Assembly (NCBI GenBank): GCA_951406725.2
Contig: OX597831.1
Coordinates: 67,828,001 to 67,892,000 of the forward strand
DNA: 64,000 nt
DNA from: Octopus vulgaris
Taxonomy: Eukaryota
Reading direction: 5' to 3'
Shown here: positions 12,570-25,100 of the stretch, piece by piece
Layout: each line of letters begins with the position of its first letter
Position numbering within the stretch: position 1 is the first letter of the stretch
The notes under the pieces: model-generated
Databases searched by the model: none
What the model was told of the DNA's origin: nothing
Seen by the model: the letters and a program-made list of their open reading frames with translations, nothing else
Program-made: the position numbers and the translations under genes

Positions 12570-13260
12570 GCAAAATTTGCTCTGTTGTATTGTGCCAAGT
12601 CATGGAAAATGTATGAAGATCTCAGAAATGCTAAAAATTCATGAACAGATATTCCAGAAATAACCTAAGCATTATATTTCGTTTTTGGGTTGGTTTGCAA
12701 GATTCTTTATATGAGTTCGTGTGTTGAAGCATATTCTGTTGTGTCTGGGGAGAGTCATTCTCTTTTAATGCCTTATTATTTAACATACTCACCGGTAAAA
12801 TTTCCACTTATTTCTTATTTTTTATTTTCTAAAATTTTCAAAGGTTGCAAGACGCAATGAAAATTTTAGAAAATAAAAAATAAGAAATAAGTGGAAATTT
12901 TACCGGTGAGTATGTTAAATAATAAGGCATTAAAAGAGAATGACTCTCCCCAGACACAACAGAACCTAAGCATTAAATATCCAGAAATTTTGAAGAACAA
13001 AGACCTTTGGGGTGAAGCCATGCAAACATGATTGACAAACAAATAGCTAAATGTAAATGGAAATGGGTAGGCCATGCATTATGAAAACAGAAAGTTGTTT
13101 GTCAAAGCAGGCCTTGGATTGAAATACAAATAGCAAAAGAAAAGTAGAATATCTGAGGATTGCCAGGCATAGACCAGCAAAGAAAGAATTCTAAATGACA
13201 TGGAACCAAATGTAGAGGAAAGCACAGCATAAAATGTGTTGAAAGATTGCTATGGATAAA
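12570..13260 (+). pseudogene. RTE-type LINE ORF 3' relic, interrupted
   Basis: TGGAAATGGGTAGGCCATGCATTA = WKWVGHAL, followed by a QALD*N...KRK motif typical of RTE C-termini. Confidence 0.55.
12675..12962. mobile_element. Fold-back retro-insertion with 13-bp TSD
   Basis: Arms 12734-12840 / 12858-12964 are reverse complements; direct repeat AACCTAAGCATTA at 12662-12674 and 12963-12975. Confidence 0.75.
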
Positions 13261-13616
13261 ATCATCAACAATCCAAACAGGCTACGATATTGATGATATA
13301 TAAAATATATATTTATATTTTTGCATATAAAATAGATACATATTTTATATACAAACATATTTCAGTATGTGTATATGTAATTTCAAAGTATAAAATGAAT
13401 TTGTCATTACAGAAAATATTCTGCAAGGCTAATAGTTGTGAAAGTTTTTATACAAGGTTAATAATTGTAGAGCTAAATTTGAATGCAAGGACTTAGATTA
13501 AAACCATACAATGACAAGTAAACAAACCCAGTGATTGAGAAATAGAGTTATGGTTCATAGAATATGATAATAAAGAAACAAAGAGTGTGTATAATGAACA
13601 AACAACCAAAGAGATA

Positions 13617-14022
13617 GGAGTGGCTGTGTGGTAAGTAGCTTGTTTACCAACCACATGGTTCCGGGTTCAGTCCCACTGCGTGGCACCTTGGGCAAGTATC
13701 TTCTACTATAGCCTCGGGCCGACCAAAGCCTTGTGAGTGGATTTGGTGGACAGAAACTGAAAGAAGCCCGTCGTATATATGTATATATATATATATATAT
13801 ATGCGTGTGTGTGTTTGTGTATCTGTGTTTGTCCCCTTAGTATTGCTTGACAACCGATGCTGGTGTGTTTATGTCTCTGTCACTTAGCGGTTCGGCAAAA
13901 CAGACCGATAGAATAAGTACTGGGCTTACAAAGAATAAGTCCCGGGGTCGAGTTGCTCGACTAAAGGCGGTGCTCCAGCATGGGCGCGGTCAAATGACTG
14001 AAACAAGTAAAAGAGTAAAAGA
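13617..14022 (+). mobile_element. tRNA-derived SINE, family A
   Basis: A-box TGGCTGTGTGG, B-box GGTTCAGTCCC, internal (TA)/(TG) microsatellite, 3' GGCGGTGCTCCAGCATGG...CTGAAACAAGTAAAAGAG tail; more than 12 copies in the window. Confidence 0.9.
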
Positions 14023-14061
14023 GAGTATAGATAGACAGGTCAGTAAATAGAATGAAGATAT

Positions 14062-15178
14062 GTTTCTTTATTATCCACACAGGGCTGCACACAGACAGAA
14101 CAAATTACAAGGTAGAGCTTTTCTTTTGGGGGTAAAAAAAAAGGGGGTTGGTTTTCGATCAAAAGGGATCGTAAAAGGAAAGAAAGAGGACAAAAAAAGC
14201 GGGGGATTTAAAAAAAAGGGGGAGAGGAAAAAAAGTTGATCAATAGGGATCGTAATCACAGAAATGTCAATATGAAGTGTAAAGGGGAGGACAGGTGAGG
14301 TTTACCCGTGGAAAGAAAAGCCTACGTAAAAGACCACGGTAACCTCGGTCAATGAAGTCACATGTTATATTTCTTATATTTTTATTTTTTTTTTGCAAAT
14401 AAGCAACTCTCTGTATTAATTTTTACAGTTCATAGAATCATAGTCAAGGTGGCTTCGTCATTCATACGTGCCATCCTTGCTACATTCACCCATCTTTTTT
14501 TAAAACATTCACTAGACAAAACTTGCCTCTCTACTCTCACTTTCCTCTTCAAGTGATACTTGAAGAAGTTGATGAGAGATTGACCAGAGAGGAAAGTGTT
14601 TGTCTCTAATCCTTTCAGGCGCGTCCACCAGATACATTCTTTCGCCATAGCCACAAGTATGATAAAAATAGCCCTTCCTTCCCGTTTGAAGGAAGGAGGC
14701 GTGACGATATTAATGATAGACTCGGCTGATAAACCGACACGTCCCACATGTGACAGCAGTTGTTCGACATAAGCCCACAGGTCGGAAATTGCTGGACACT
14801 GCACGATTGCGTGCAGAGCGGTTTCGTCGCTCTGCTCGCATCTCGGGCAGGTCGGGCCTGTGTTTCTCGAGCCATGCCTATAGAGCTTATCCTGAACAGG
14901 TAGCGCTTCTCAGTAGCACCGCCAGGCCAGGGATCTCTGGAAGTTGTCCATAGGTCCCAGGCCGAAAGTCATTTGAAACAGGCGGGTCAGGTATTCCTCG
15001 TCGACACCCAGGTTTGCCCCGAGATCGTCGTCGTACCTCCCCTCCACTAATCCCCTATAGAATGCTTTGGTTGTGTTGAAGTCACTCAAGGTCGACCCGG
15101 GATGGCAGAGTTGCTTGAGAGCAACACGACACTCACGGTGCCATTCGCCCTTCCTCGGCCACTTTTCTGATCCACGAG
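14062..15178 (-). mobile_element. 5'-truncated Tx1/L1-clade LINE (ORF2 C-terminus and 3' UTR)
   Basis: CPRCEQSDETALHAIVQCPAISDLW zinc-knuckle (zf-RVT-like) leads into ORF 14430-14804; the 3' UTR ends AATAAAGAAAC. Confidence 0.8.
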
Positions 15179-15447
15179 GTAAATAGATAGATAGATAGAT
15201 ACAGACAGACTGGCAAATATTCTGTGCATGGAATAGCATTCAATATATTGTGCTCGGTTTGTCATTGAATACACAAAATGGTATGTTTTTTAATTGGGTA
15301 GTCTTATTTAAGAGCTTTATATCAAGAAGATTGAGATCTTTGTTATTTGTTTTCTTAGTCTCTTGTTAAAAGTTTATCTGTCTTGATAACATAACAAATG
15401 CATGACAGTTCAAAATTTCTTGCTTGAAAAAAAAAAAAGAGTTGTAT

Positions 15448-15859
15448 ACTCTTTACTCTTTTACTCTTTTACTTGTTTCAGTCATTTGACTGCGGCCATG
15501 CTGGAGCACCACCTTTAGTTGAGCAAATCGACCCCGGGACTTATTCTTTGTAAGCCCAGTACTTATTCTATCGGTCTCTTTTGCCGAACCGCTAAGTGAT
15601 GGGGACGTAAATACACCAGCATCGGTTGTCAAGCAATGCTAGGGGTACAAACACAGACACACAAACACATACACACACATATATATATATATATACATAT
15701 ATACGACGGGCTTCTTTCAGTTTCCGTCTACCAAATCCACTCACAAGGCATTGGTCGGCCTGGGGCTATAGCAGAAGACACTTGCCCAAGATGCCACGCA
15801 GTGGGACTGAACCCGGAACCATGTGGTTGGTTAGCAAGCTACTTACCACACAGCCACTC
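15448..15859 (-). mobile_element. SINE family A
   Basis: Reverse complement of 13617-14022. Confidence 0.9.
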
Positions 15860-16345
15860 AATGTTTACATACAAAAACACAGATGTCTAAAGGCACCCGT
15901 GGACAGATACAAACATACAAATAAGACACACTCATACAATATATAGAGAGCCTCATAAACTAAGAAGTAAAATGACATGTTTAGGTGGAATATCAAATCC
16001 TATCTAACACAAGTCTCTAATATAGGCGCACTTGTGCAAGGTTATGGATCCTTAGTTAGGGGTAAATAGTCTCATTACCTTGTGAAAAAAGAGGCTAGGG
16101 AGCAAACTTTGTTATGAATTGTAAGGTTTAGTTTTTGACTCTTTTGTGTTATTCCGTAAACCAAACTGGTACTAAACATACTGCACACAAGCCGGGTAGA
16201 AAGAGGAATGCTGACATTTAGGTAGCTCGGAGTCTCCATACAACCTGCCTAAGCTTGCACCTGGGAGAAGTCACTGACCAATGATGAAGGCTTCATTCAA
16301 TTGGCCTGCTATTGGGTTGACAGATGCCAGTAATAAAGTTATGTC

Positions 16346-16420
16346 AATGTATTAATTGTACCATAATGCATTAATTGTACTATAATGTATTTATCGTACC
16401 ATAATGTTTTAATTGTACCA
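16346..16420. repeat. 19-bp minisatellite x4
   Basis: AATGTATTAATTGTACCAT-like unit repeated four times. Confidence 0.8.
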
Positions 16421-16663
16421 AAATCTTTTTTTAATAGCTTATGGGAACATTCATATTTGGTTGATCAGCCTGCTAGAAATAATAATCAAATCTCCCTTAC
16501 ACACTATCATTTTAAAAATGAAGAAGATATTGGATAATGTAGTTTCAAATACAGTATGCCAGAATAAAAGGCAGGCTGATTACAGTTGAAATATTTTTTA
16601 CCATAGCTCTGCTTGATTAGAGCTGATGTAGGCACAATTCAGTGAAGAAATATCTACATGCTT

Positions 16664-17063
16664 GGAGTGGCTGTGTGGTAAGTAGCTTGCTTACCAACCA
16701 CATGGTTCAGGGTTCAGTCCCACTGCATGGCATCTTGGGCAAGTGTCTTCTGCTATAGCCTCGGGCCGACCAATGCCTTGTGAGTGGATTTGGTAGACGG
16801 AAACTGAAAGAAGCCTGTCGTATATATGTATATATATATACGTGTATGTGTGTGTGTGTATGTTTGTGTGTCTGTGTTTGTCTCCCTAGCATTGCTTGAC
16901 AACCGATGCTGGTGTGTTTACGTCCCCGTCACTTAGCGGTTCGGCAAAAGATACCGGTAGAATAAGTACTAGGCTTACAAAGAATAAGTCCCGGGGTTGA
17001 TTTGCTCGACTAAAAGGTGGTGCTCCAGCATGGCCGCAGTCAAATGACTGAAACAAGTAAAAG
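16664..17063 (+). mobile_element. SINE family A
   Basis: Full-length match to family A. Confidence 0.9.
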
Positions 17064-17643
17064 AAAGTAAGAAAGAAATCTCCCTGAAATCATATTTTCT
17101 TTGATCATAAATCTTCATGATCAGGACTGATTCCAAATTAAACAGCAATAACCACAAAGATCTTATTCAAACTGAGAGTTAAACTTCTTCCTACGATAGA
17201 TTGGATTATTATTTAAATTAATTTGCTCCCAGATTTGATCCTAAATTTCATATAAACAGAACTTGTATATTTGTTATAAGGCCAAAAATTGTGGAGAAAT
17301 GGTCTAATTAATTTGATCAACTTTGAAAGGGTAAATGACTAAACCAACTTTAACAGAATATGAACTTAGTGTGTAGAGTGAAATAACTTAGTACTCAATG
17401 ATATTTAGTATCAATCATTTCTTCTCCTGTCTTTCTTTATTATTTGCAATAGTAGATAAGAAATTTTCCTGATTAGAATTTGCACACACAGTTCATCAAG
17501 GATTGACTTGATTTCTCAAGACATAACGACTTTCAACTATTCAATCTTATCATTAAGAATTAAATTCTTAATTATCAGCTACAGAAGATTTATTTAACTC
17601 ATACTTCCTGTTTGAGCAAATATAAAAAAATAATAGAAATAAT

Positions 17644-18064
17644 AGGCGCAGGAGCAGCTGTGTGGTAAGTAGCTTGTTTACCAACCACATGGTTCCAGGT
17701 TCAGTCCCACTGCATGACACCTTGGGCAAGTGTCTTCTACTATAGCCTCGGGCCGACCAAAGCCTTGTGAGTGGATTTGGTAGACGGAAACTGAAAGAAG
17801 CCCATTGTATATATGTATATATATATATGCGTTTGTGTGTATGTGTGTCTGTGTTTGTCCCCCTAGCATTGCTTGACAACTGATGCTGGTGTGTTTATGT
17901 CTCCGTTACTTAGCGGTTCAGCAAAAGAGACCGATAGAATAAGTACTGGGCTTACAAAAAAGAATAAGTCCCAGGGTCGAGTTGCTCGATTAAAGGCGGT
18001 GCTCCAGCATGGCCGCAGTCAAATGACTGAAACAAGTAAAAGAGTAAAAAAAGAGTAAAGAGTA
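17644..18064 (+). mobile_element. SINE family A
   Basis: Full-length match to family A. Confidence 0.9.
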
Positions 18065-18279
18065 ATACCTACAATTATTTCTGCATGGTTGTTGAAGTTG
18101 CTGGAAGTAGCAGCTATGTTCTACCGTCTTAAGGGACACATTCATTGGATAATGTAGGCTTGAAAAAGTATAAGGTGATCACAACTGAAATGCATTTGAA
18201 CATAAATCTAATTGATTATGTTTAACCTAAACATAATTATCATACATAATTATTATGCATAATAAACATAATTAACAAT

Positions 18280-18280
18280 A

Positions 18281-18333
<53 letters not shown>

Positions 18334-18598
18334 CATGAAATTATTGTATACAGTGCTCAGGTGCACCACAACTTGTCAGAAAGTGCGTATAAAGTGTATG
18401 CAGTAATGTACAAATGCCTGGAAAGCGAACAGTGTATGAGTGAGATACATGCGTGTATGTGTGTGTATGGAGGGGAGAAAATCAGGTGTAGTGTTGGCGA
18501 ATCTCAGGAAGCATGGAAGTTTTGAAGGATGCAGTGCTCCGACAACTAACAACTGATGCCGGCAGTCTGTTCCATGCTTCAGCAACTCCAGCAACTCT
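18280..18598 (-). mobile_element. CR1-like LINE 3' end with (ATT)n tail
   Basis: Minus strand VAEAWNRLPASVVSCRSTASFKTSM; same family as 51410-51760. Confidence 0.75.
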
Positions 18599-19267
18599 TG
18601 GCGTATTATAACTAAACTATTATTATAATTAAAATTAACAATACTTTCACTTTCTTAAATGTAACTGAAAAATAGAACCTAATTTTCAACATGGACAAAA
18701 AAGCAAAGCAAAAGTGCTCGAAAAATCATTGTTACACAAATTTATTTCCTCAATCTTTAGAGCTTCTAAATGGTTACTTGACTTCTGATGATGATGGTCA
18801 AATCTTTCACAACTAACACTACATTGTATCAGAAAAGAAAGGATAGATCAGGTAATGTAGAATTATATACACTAAATATGACTGAAGGACAAAATGGTCA
18901 TGGCTGGTCAAGGTTGACTTGACCACAACTGCATCTTAAAAGACATACTAATAAATGACATTAAACACTCTACCAGTCAGAACCTGGTTCTGTACACCTT
19001 TTTAGTCCAGCATGGAAATTAAGAGTTTCCAGCATAAAAGGAGACTAACAGAAATCATTGCCTTTTGAAAAATAAGAAATTTGATATTTAACATTTTTGT
19101 TAAGGATAAAGCAATAAAAGGTGATACCAAATGATGAGGTGAGGGCCATCCTGCATTTGTTTGTACCTAAATACAATGAAATACTTAAAAACATACTTTA
19201 AATGAGAAACATACAAAGATAAAGGAAGTTATATTTATAATGTTGCTTTATACTGGTTTTTCCTATT

Positions 19268-19284
19268 CACATCATCATCATCAA

Positions 19285-19336
<52 letters not shown>

Positions 19337-19930
19337 TTCATCATCATTGTCATCGTCGTCATCGTCATCGTCATCATCATCATCATTATTTAACATCCGT
19401 TGTCCATGCTGGCATAGGTTGGATGGCTTGACCTGAGTTGGCAAGCCAGAGAGCTGCACCAGGGGTCCAGCCTGATTTAGCATGGATTCTATAGCTGGAT
19501 GCCCTTCATAATGCCAGGATTGACCTGCAAGGGTCCTGTGCTGGTGCCCACATGAAAAGCACTCATGGTACTGCACAAGTATTTTTATGTGACACTGCAT
19601 GGGCACTTTTACATGGCACCCCATGGACATTTTTATGTGACACTGCATGGGTGCCTTTGCATTGCCACGAGTGCTTTTTATGTGGTACTGGTGCAGGTCT
19701 CTTCCAGATCACTCCTCTTCCCCAGGGAGACTGGACTTAACACTTCTGCTGTGGAGTATGGGTCTTCTTGAGTACAGCAAGGTACCAGGCATCCTGGCCC
19801 TTTGTCATCTTACCTGAAAGATTCAGTGTCCTGAGGTCATTTTTCATTGCTTCCTCCCAAGTCTTCCTGGGTCTCCTACTTCCACATGTTCCATCTACAT
19901 TGGAAGATTGATAGTTCTTTATGGAGCTGT
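19268..19930 (-). mobile_element. RTE-type LINE 3' end with (GAT)n tail
   Basis: Diverged reverse complement of the 21400-22035 RTE end, with a long (CAT)n tract at 19268-19388. Confidence 0.7.
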
Positions 19931-20707
19931 CAGGGAGAGCCTACAAAGATCAGGGATAGGTATTGCCTTTCTTCATCACTATTGCTCAATGACAACACTC
20001 TTTCATAATCTTTTTCACTGGGGGAAGGGGCCTTCTAAATTCTGTGGTGTCTGCTCTTTTTTTTGTTTTTCTTTTTTTCCTGAGGGAAAGGGGGTAGGTG
20101 GGTCTGAGTGGTCTTGGGTGGGATGGAGTTGGACTGGGGTACCACATCACACTGTGTTCTTTCTTTTCTTCCTCTTCTTCCTTCTACTCTCTGTTACTAC
20201 CCATTCTTCCTCCTTTCCAATGAGGACAGCTGCCGTAACCCAAGCCACTTCTATATCAGGTGGGATTGCTCCCACCTTTACCTTGGAAGTGTTTCCTTAG
20301 AGCTTTTTCTATTATTTTCGCTTCCACCTGTTCAGCCTTTTTGTTCTTCAGCGAGTGCACCATATAGGTGATAGTTTTCCTCTCCATTTGCTCCATGATT
20401 CTTTTGGGTGGTGACAACTTCACACCACCACCCACCGTATTCCTTTAGTCTAGCCAGGTCCACATCCTTTCTCTTCACTTCCACTGTTCTCTCCAATATT
20501 CCATCCATTCTTCTCACCACCTTCACCAGCTCCTCCTCCACTGAAGACAATTCAGACCCATTAATGTCTGAATATATTTTCTTTAAACCACTGCCAAGCA
20601 ACACAAAAATCCTGTCCGACTCTCAAAAAAACAAACCAGCAACTGAATCAACACATGCACAGTAACCAGAAACAGGCTTCTTACCACAGGAATGGCTACT
20701 CCTGTAC

Positions 20708-20744
<37 letters not shown>

Positions 20745-20747
<3 letters not shown>

Positions 20748-22035
20748 CAAAGTCTTAGTAAATAGGAAAGCAGATAAATCACAAATCCTTTCAGACTGAT
20801 GGACCTGCTTCATATGTAGGAAAGGCATAGGTAGAAACTCCATAAGTACCCAGTGCACGTTATGGACACGTAAAAGGTCCTGCAATCTCAGAAGAAGGTT
20901 TATAGGGAAAATAGATTTTGTGTGTGGCAAATGCGCAAGTACAATAAACACTAGAAATATGCAGAAAATAGACTCCATCAAATGCTAGTAGTCGATAGCT
21001 TTCATTATCTAAGTGACTAAGTCAGCAGTGGAGATAGATGCTTTGAGAGTATAGCTGCTAGAAAAAGAATAGGCTGGGCAAAGTTCAGAGAGTTTCTATG
21101 TTTGTTGGCAAAAAAGGCTTCTCCCTCAGAGCGAAAGGCAAATTGTATGATGCCCGTGTGTGAACAGCCATGCTACACAGCAGCAAAACATGGGCTGTGA
21201 CTGTAGAGGACATGCAAAAGCTTTGAAAGAAATGAATTTAGTATGCTCTGCTGGATGTGCAGTGTCAGTGTGCACATACAATAGAGTGTAAGTATCTTGA
21301 GAGAAAAATTGGGCATAAGAAGCATCAGATGTGTATGCAAGAGAGGCAACTACACTGGTATGGTCATGTGATATATATAGATGAGGACAGCTGCATAAAG
21401 AAGCGCTGATTTCTAACTGTGAAGGGAACTGTGGAAGAGGTAAACCCAGGAAGACATGGAACAAGGTAGGGAAGCATGATCTTTTGAATGAAGGGTCTCA
21501 TGGAGGCAATGACAAGTGACCATGACATTTGGCGATTTAATGTGCTTGGGAAGATTTGTCGAGCCAAGTGAAATTGTAGTTGTGGCCAGTGCCATTGATA
21601 TATAAACGCACCTGTGCCAGTAACACATAGAAGCATCCATGCTGGTGACCTGTAAAAGCACCTGTGCTGGTGACTCGTGCAAGGCACCCAGTAAACTCTG
21701 TGGAGTGGTTGGCATTATCAAGGGCATCCAGCTGTAAGAACCAAGCCAAAATCAGACTACAATTTGGTGCAACTCTCTAGGTTACCAGTTCCAGTCAAAC
21801 TGTCTAAGCCATGCCAGCATGGAAAGCAGATGTTAAATGATGATGATGATTATGATGATCGTGCCAGTGGCACGTAAAAGCACCCACTACACTCTCGGAG
21901 TGGTTGGCGTTAGGAAGGGCATCCAACTGTAGAAACTCTGCCAGATCAGATTGGAGTTTGGTTCACCAGACCTCAGTCAAATCGTCCAACCCATGGAAAG
22001 TGGACGTTAAATGATGATGATGATGATGATGATGA
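20745..22035 (+). mobile_element. RTE-clade LINE 3' portion (degraded RT C-terminus and tail)
   Basis: VVDSFHYLSD*VSSG..ESIAARKRIGWAKFREF, LHWYGHV and GRGKPRKTW motifs, followed by hairpin-repeat tail and (GAT)n. Confidence 0.8.
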
Positions 22036-22424
22036 TATATCCCAGAATGTGTCTACTAGAATATATTAATACACACTCTCATATTCACACTCTATAGAAT
22101 ACCTTACTTAACATGATTAATTAATCTCTTTAAAATGCTGTGGTAAGTGAAGTAGCATGGTTTAGTAAAAAGAAAAAGTGATACATCCAACTCTTTTTCA
22201 AAATAGTTCTTTTTTTAAGTATTTCTCTTTAACTATCTACTAAAATGAAAGGAATTCAAGTTGAAATATTATAAAACATATATATCTATTCTTCTAACAT
22301 GTCATTCTTTTTAAAGAAATTAATATCTGAAGATATGAATATATTCTTTTGCATTTACTTCTCTTCAAACTCTTTTCTGTTGCAGCTCATTGTATTGTCT
22401 ATCATTCAGTAAACTTGCATGTGT

Positions 22425-22620
22425 CTTTAGCAAGGAAAGATTTTGTGGGAATATGCTTCCAAAAGAAAATGGTCTCATCAGCTTCGAAAATCTGCTTGAC
22501 ATTATCGCTTTCTTTTTCTATGAGCCTTTAAAATTCTATTTTAAATTTTTATGCAGCATCTTTATTAGCGCTATCAGATTTATTTTGTATTCTCATATTG
22601 TGAAACCCAGATGATATTGA
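22425..22620 (-). pseudogene. pogo/Tigger (DDE_1) transposase relic
   Basis: Minus-strand GFHNMRIQNKSDSANKDAA*KFKIEF*RLIEKESDNVKQIFEADETIFFWKHIPTKSFL matches the Tigger FNADETGLFWK motif. Confidence 0.7.
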
Positions 22621-22756
22621 AGTATTCAAATCACCCAGAGCTATATATATATATATATATATTTATATAAATAAGGATAAGATCGATATTTAAATACCGA
22701 TCCTATCAGGTGGCCAGCATTGGAATAAAAACCTTTCAAAGGTAACAATTATTTTA

Positions 22757-23034
22757 AATTATAATATAGGGTATCTAAGAGCTACCACCACGCTGGAAAT
22801 AGCAGTCAAAACTTGACTCTAAAATCATATTAAATGTTCATACAGCACCAGGAGAGAAGACAAAGAGACAAAATAAACTAGCAAAAAATTACTAAATTAT
22901 CCAGTAATTTTTTGCTAGGTTATTTTGTCTCTTTGTCTTCTCTCCTGGTGCTGTATGAACATTTAATATGGTTTTAGAGTCAAGTTTTGACTGCTATTTC
23001 CAGCATGGTGGTATCTCTTAAATACCCTAAATTA

Positions 23035-23039
<5 letters not shown>
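22757..23039. repeat. Near-perfect fold-back palindrome (137-bp arms, 9-nt loop)
   Basis: 22757-22893 is the reverse complement of 22903-23039; lies between (TA)n tracts. Confidence 0.9.
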
Positions 23040-23075
<36 letters not shown>

Positions 23076-23076
<1 letters not shown>

Positions 23077-23382
23077 GGAGTAAACACATAAATGTGAAAC
23101 AAGGTGGAAAAAAGAGTACTCAAATACCAATGGTAGAGTAATATGCTTTATTTAAAGTAGTGGAAAATTCAACAAAACCTGTTACTTTGAGTTTCACGTT
23201 CCCGTTCGTTGGACAGTATTTTTGTTTGTTTTTTAACAAAAACTGTCCGATGAACGGGGACGTGAAACTCAGAGTAACAGGTTTTGTTGAATTTTCCGCT
23301 GCTTTAAATAAAGCATATTACTCTACCACTGGTATTTGAGTACTCTTTTCCCACATTGTTTCACATTTATGTGTTTACTCCG
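23076..23382. mobile_element. Fold-back PLE-type pseudo-LTR pair in (TA)n
   Basis: 23076-23217 is the reverse complement of 23242-23382; hammerhead motifs at the inner ends of the arms. Confidence 0.75.
23243..23280 (+). ncRNA. Putative minimal type-I hammerhead ribozyme (U4C variant)
   Basis: CTGT-CCGATGA-ACG(GGGA)CGT-GAA-ACTC(A)GAGT-A-ACAG: three stems intact, GUA cleavage triplet. A degenerate mirror copy lies at 23179-23216 on the minus strand. Confidence 0.7.
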
Positions 23383-23389
23383 TATATGT

Positions 23390-23459
<70 letters not shown>

Positions 23460-24260
23460 ATATATATATATGTATGTATATATATGTATTTATAAATATG
23501 TATATATATTATACTTCTGCTTCATTGTCTCATTTCAAGGTAGAAATGTCCAAAGTTTTTATTTATATGCTTCAGGTGCTTAAGGAATTGTGGTTTTGAT
23601 TATAGGTTTCAATCCATATGAGTTATAAGTGTTCAATTTCATTTCGTTTTCTGACTTCAAATGAGATGAAGCCATCTGATCTTTTAACTTATGATCTTCA
23701 GCTTGTTTTGAAATGGCACATGCAGTCCAAAATGAACAGGTGATCTTTGACTTACTATTACTATTACTATAACTTTCAATTGTTTCAAGGCTCTTCACCG
23801 CAATAAAAGTTTCTTGCCTGTTCTTTCAATGTAGATTTCCTCGCTTTCATTTTCCCTCTTATTCATTGCTAAATGGCAAAAATATTCTTAATAAAAAAGA
23901 AAAGTAAGCAGGATTATTAAAAGTAAAAAGCTGAAACAATGAGGCCTTCTACTGCTGGTTGCCAACATTTCCTGTAGCAACAGAATATGACTACTATTAG
24001 ATTAAATTTCTTTTTCATATAGAATTAGGTTGTATGAAATTTATTGTGTGTTGAATAAAAACAGATTGCAATTTATAAACAGTAAACTTGAAAAAGTTGG
24101 TTAATCAGATCACTATTAAACAAAGGGGTTTTGTATATACAGATATAGTGTGTGTATGTATGTGTGTGTATGTATATGTATATGTATATAAGTAGATAAA
24201 TGGTACAACAAGGCACCAATATTTACTGCAAAATAGCAGTCGATATAAATACGGTTGTAT

Positions 24261-24520
24261 ACTCTTTACTCTTTTACTCTTTTACTTGTTTCAGTCATTT
24301 GACTGTGGCCATGCTGGAGCACCACCTTTAATTGAGCAACTCGACCCCGGGACTTATTCTTTTGTAAACCCAGTACTTATTCTATCGGTCTATTTTGCCG
24401 AACCGCTAAGTTACGGGGACATAAACACACCAGCATTGGTTATCAAGCAATGCTAGGGGGACAAAGACAGACACACAAACACACACATGCATATATATAC
24501 ATATATACGACGGGCTTCTT
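24261..24520 (-). mobile_element. SINE family A, 5'-truncated
   Basis: 3' half of family A. Confidence 0.85.
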
Positions 24521-24524
24521 TTTG

Positions 24525-25100
24525 CCATCTCATGCATCTGAATCTGTACATATATATATTGCCATATTGAATGGGATATTTTACTTTTGGTATGGAATAG
24601 ATAGCAAGAACTAAGTCTAAATATAGAGGTGTGTCCATGTTTTTGTACTTAAGATCAATTGTAATAGTCTCATTTCTTCAATTATCAATATTTCCAGGAA
24701 TATTCCCTTACATTAATTTCCATCGGTTTGTGAATATTATTAATTAATTTAGGGAATCTTGTAAGGTCTCTCATATTTCTATTTCAAAATATGAAACAGT
24801 TACCCAGGAAGTTTTACTAATTTTCTTTTAAATGAAATTGAAAATGTTGACAAAATAATCCCTGATTGGACACAAATTGTTTTTCTTCTAAAATTCAATA
24901 ATTAGTGCTGTTAAAGTGGGTGAAACTGTTGTGCCCATTGCTGTCTGGTTTATTTGTAGGTAAAGTTGATTTTCAAAAAAGAAGTAGTTGTTTTCTAACA
25001 CTAATCATTCAAGCATGTATTCTTTAGAGAATCTCTCTTGAATTATGGGTGAATTTATCCTGAATTTTCCTGCTTCAGGTCCTAATCCAGTGGAGATATA
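24525..25100 (-). pseudogene. Second PLE reverse transcriptase relic
   Basis: QTAMGTTVSPT, FLGNCFIF*N (degenerate YLDD) and NIPFNMA motifs appear in the expected order. Confidence 0.6.

Noticed and set aside
13617-13700. tRNA genes at SINE heads
   Set aside because: A/B boxes are present, but no full cloverleaf was seen and the sequence continues into the SINE body.
22770-22810. Hammerhead-like CTAAGA...GAAA in the 22757 palindrome
   Set aside because: The core and stems do not fit well enough.
23520-23870. ORF 23580-23798 as a gene or Tigger N-terminus
   Set aside because: Only vague similarity and stops in the upstream frames; unsupported.
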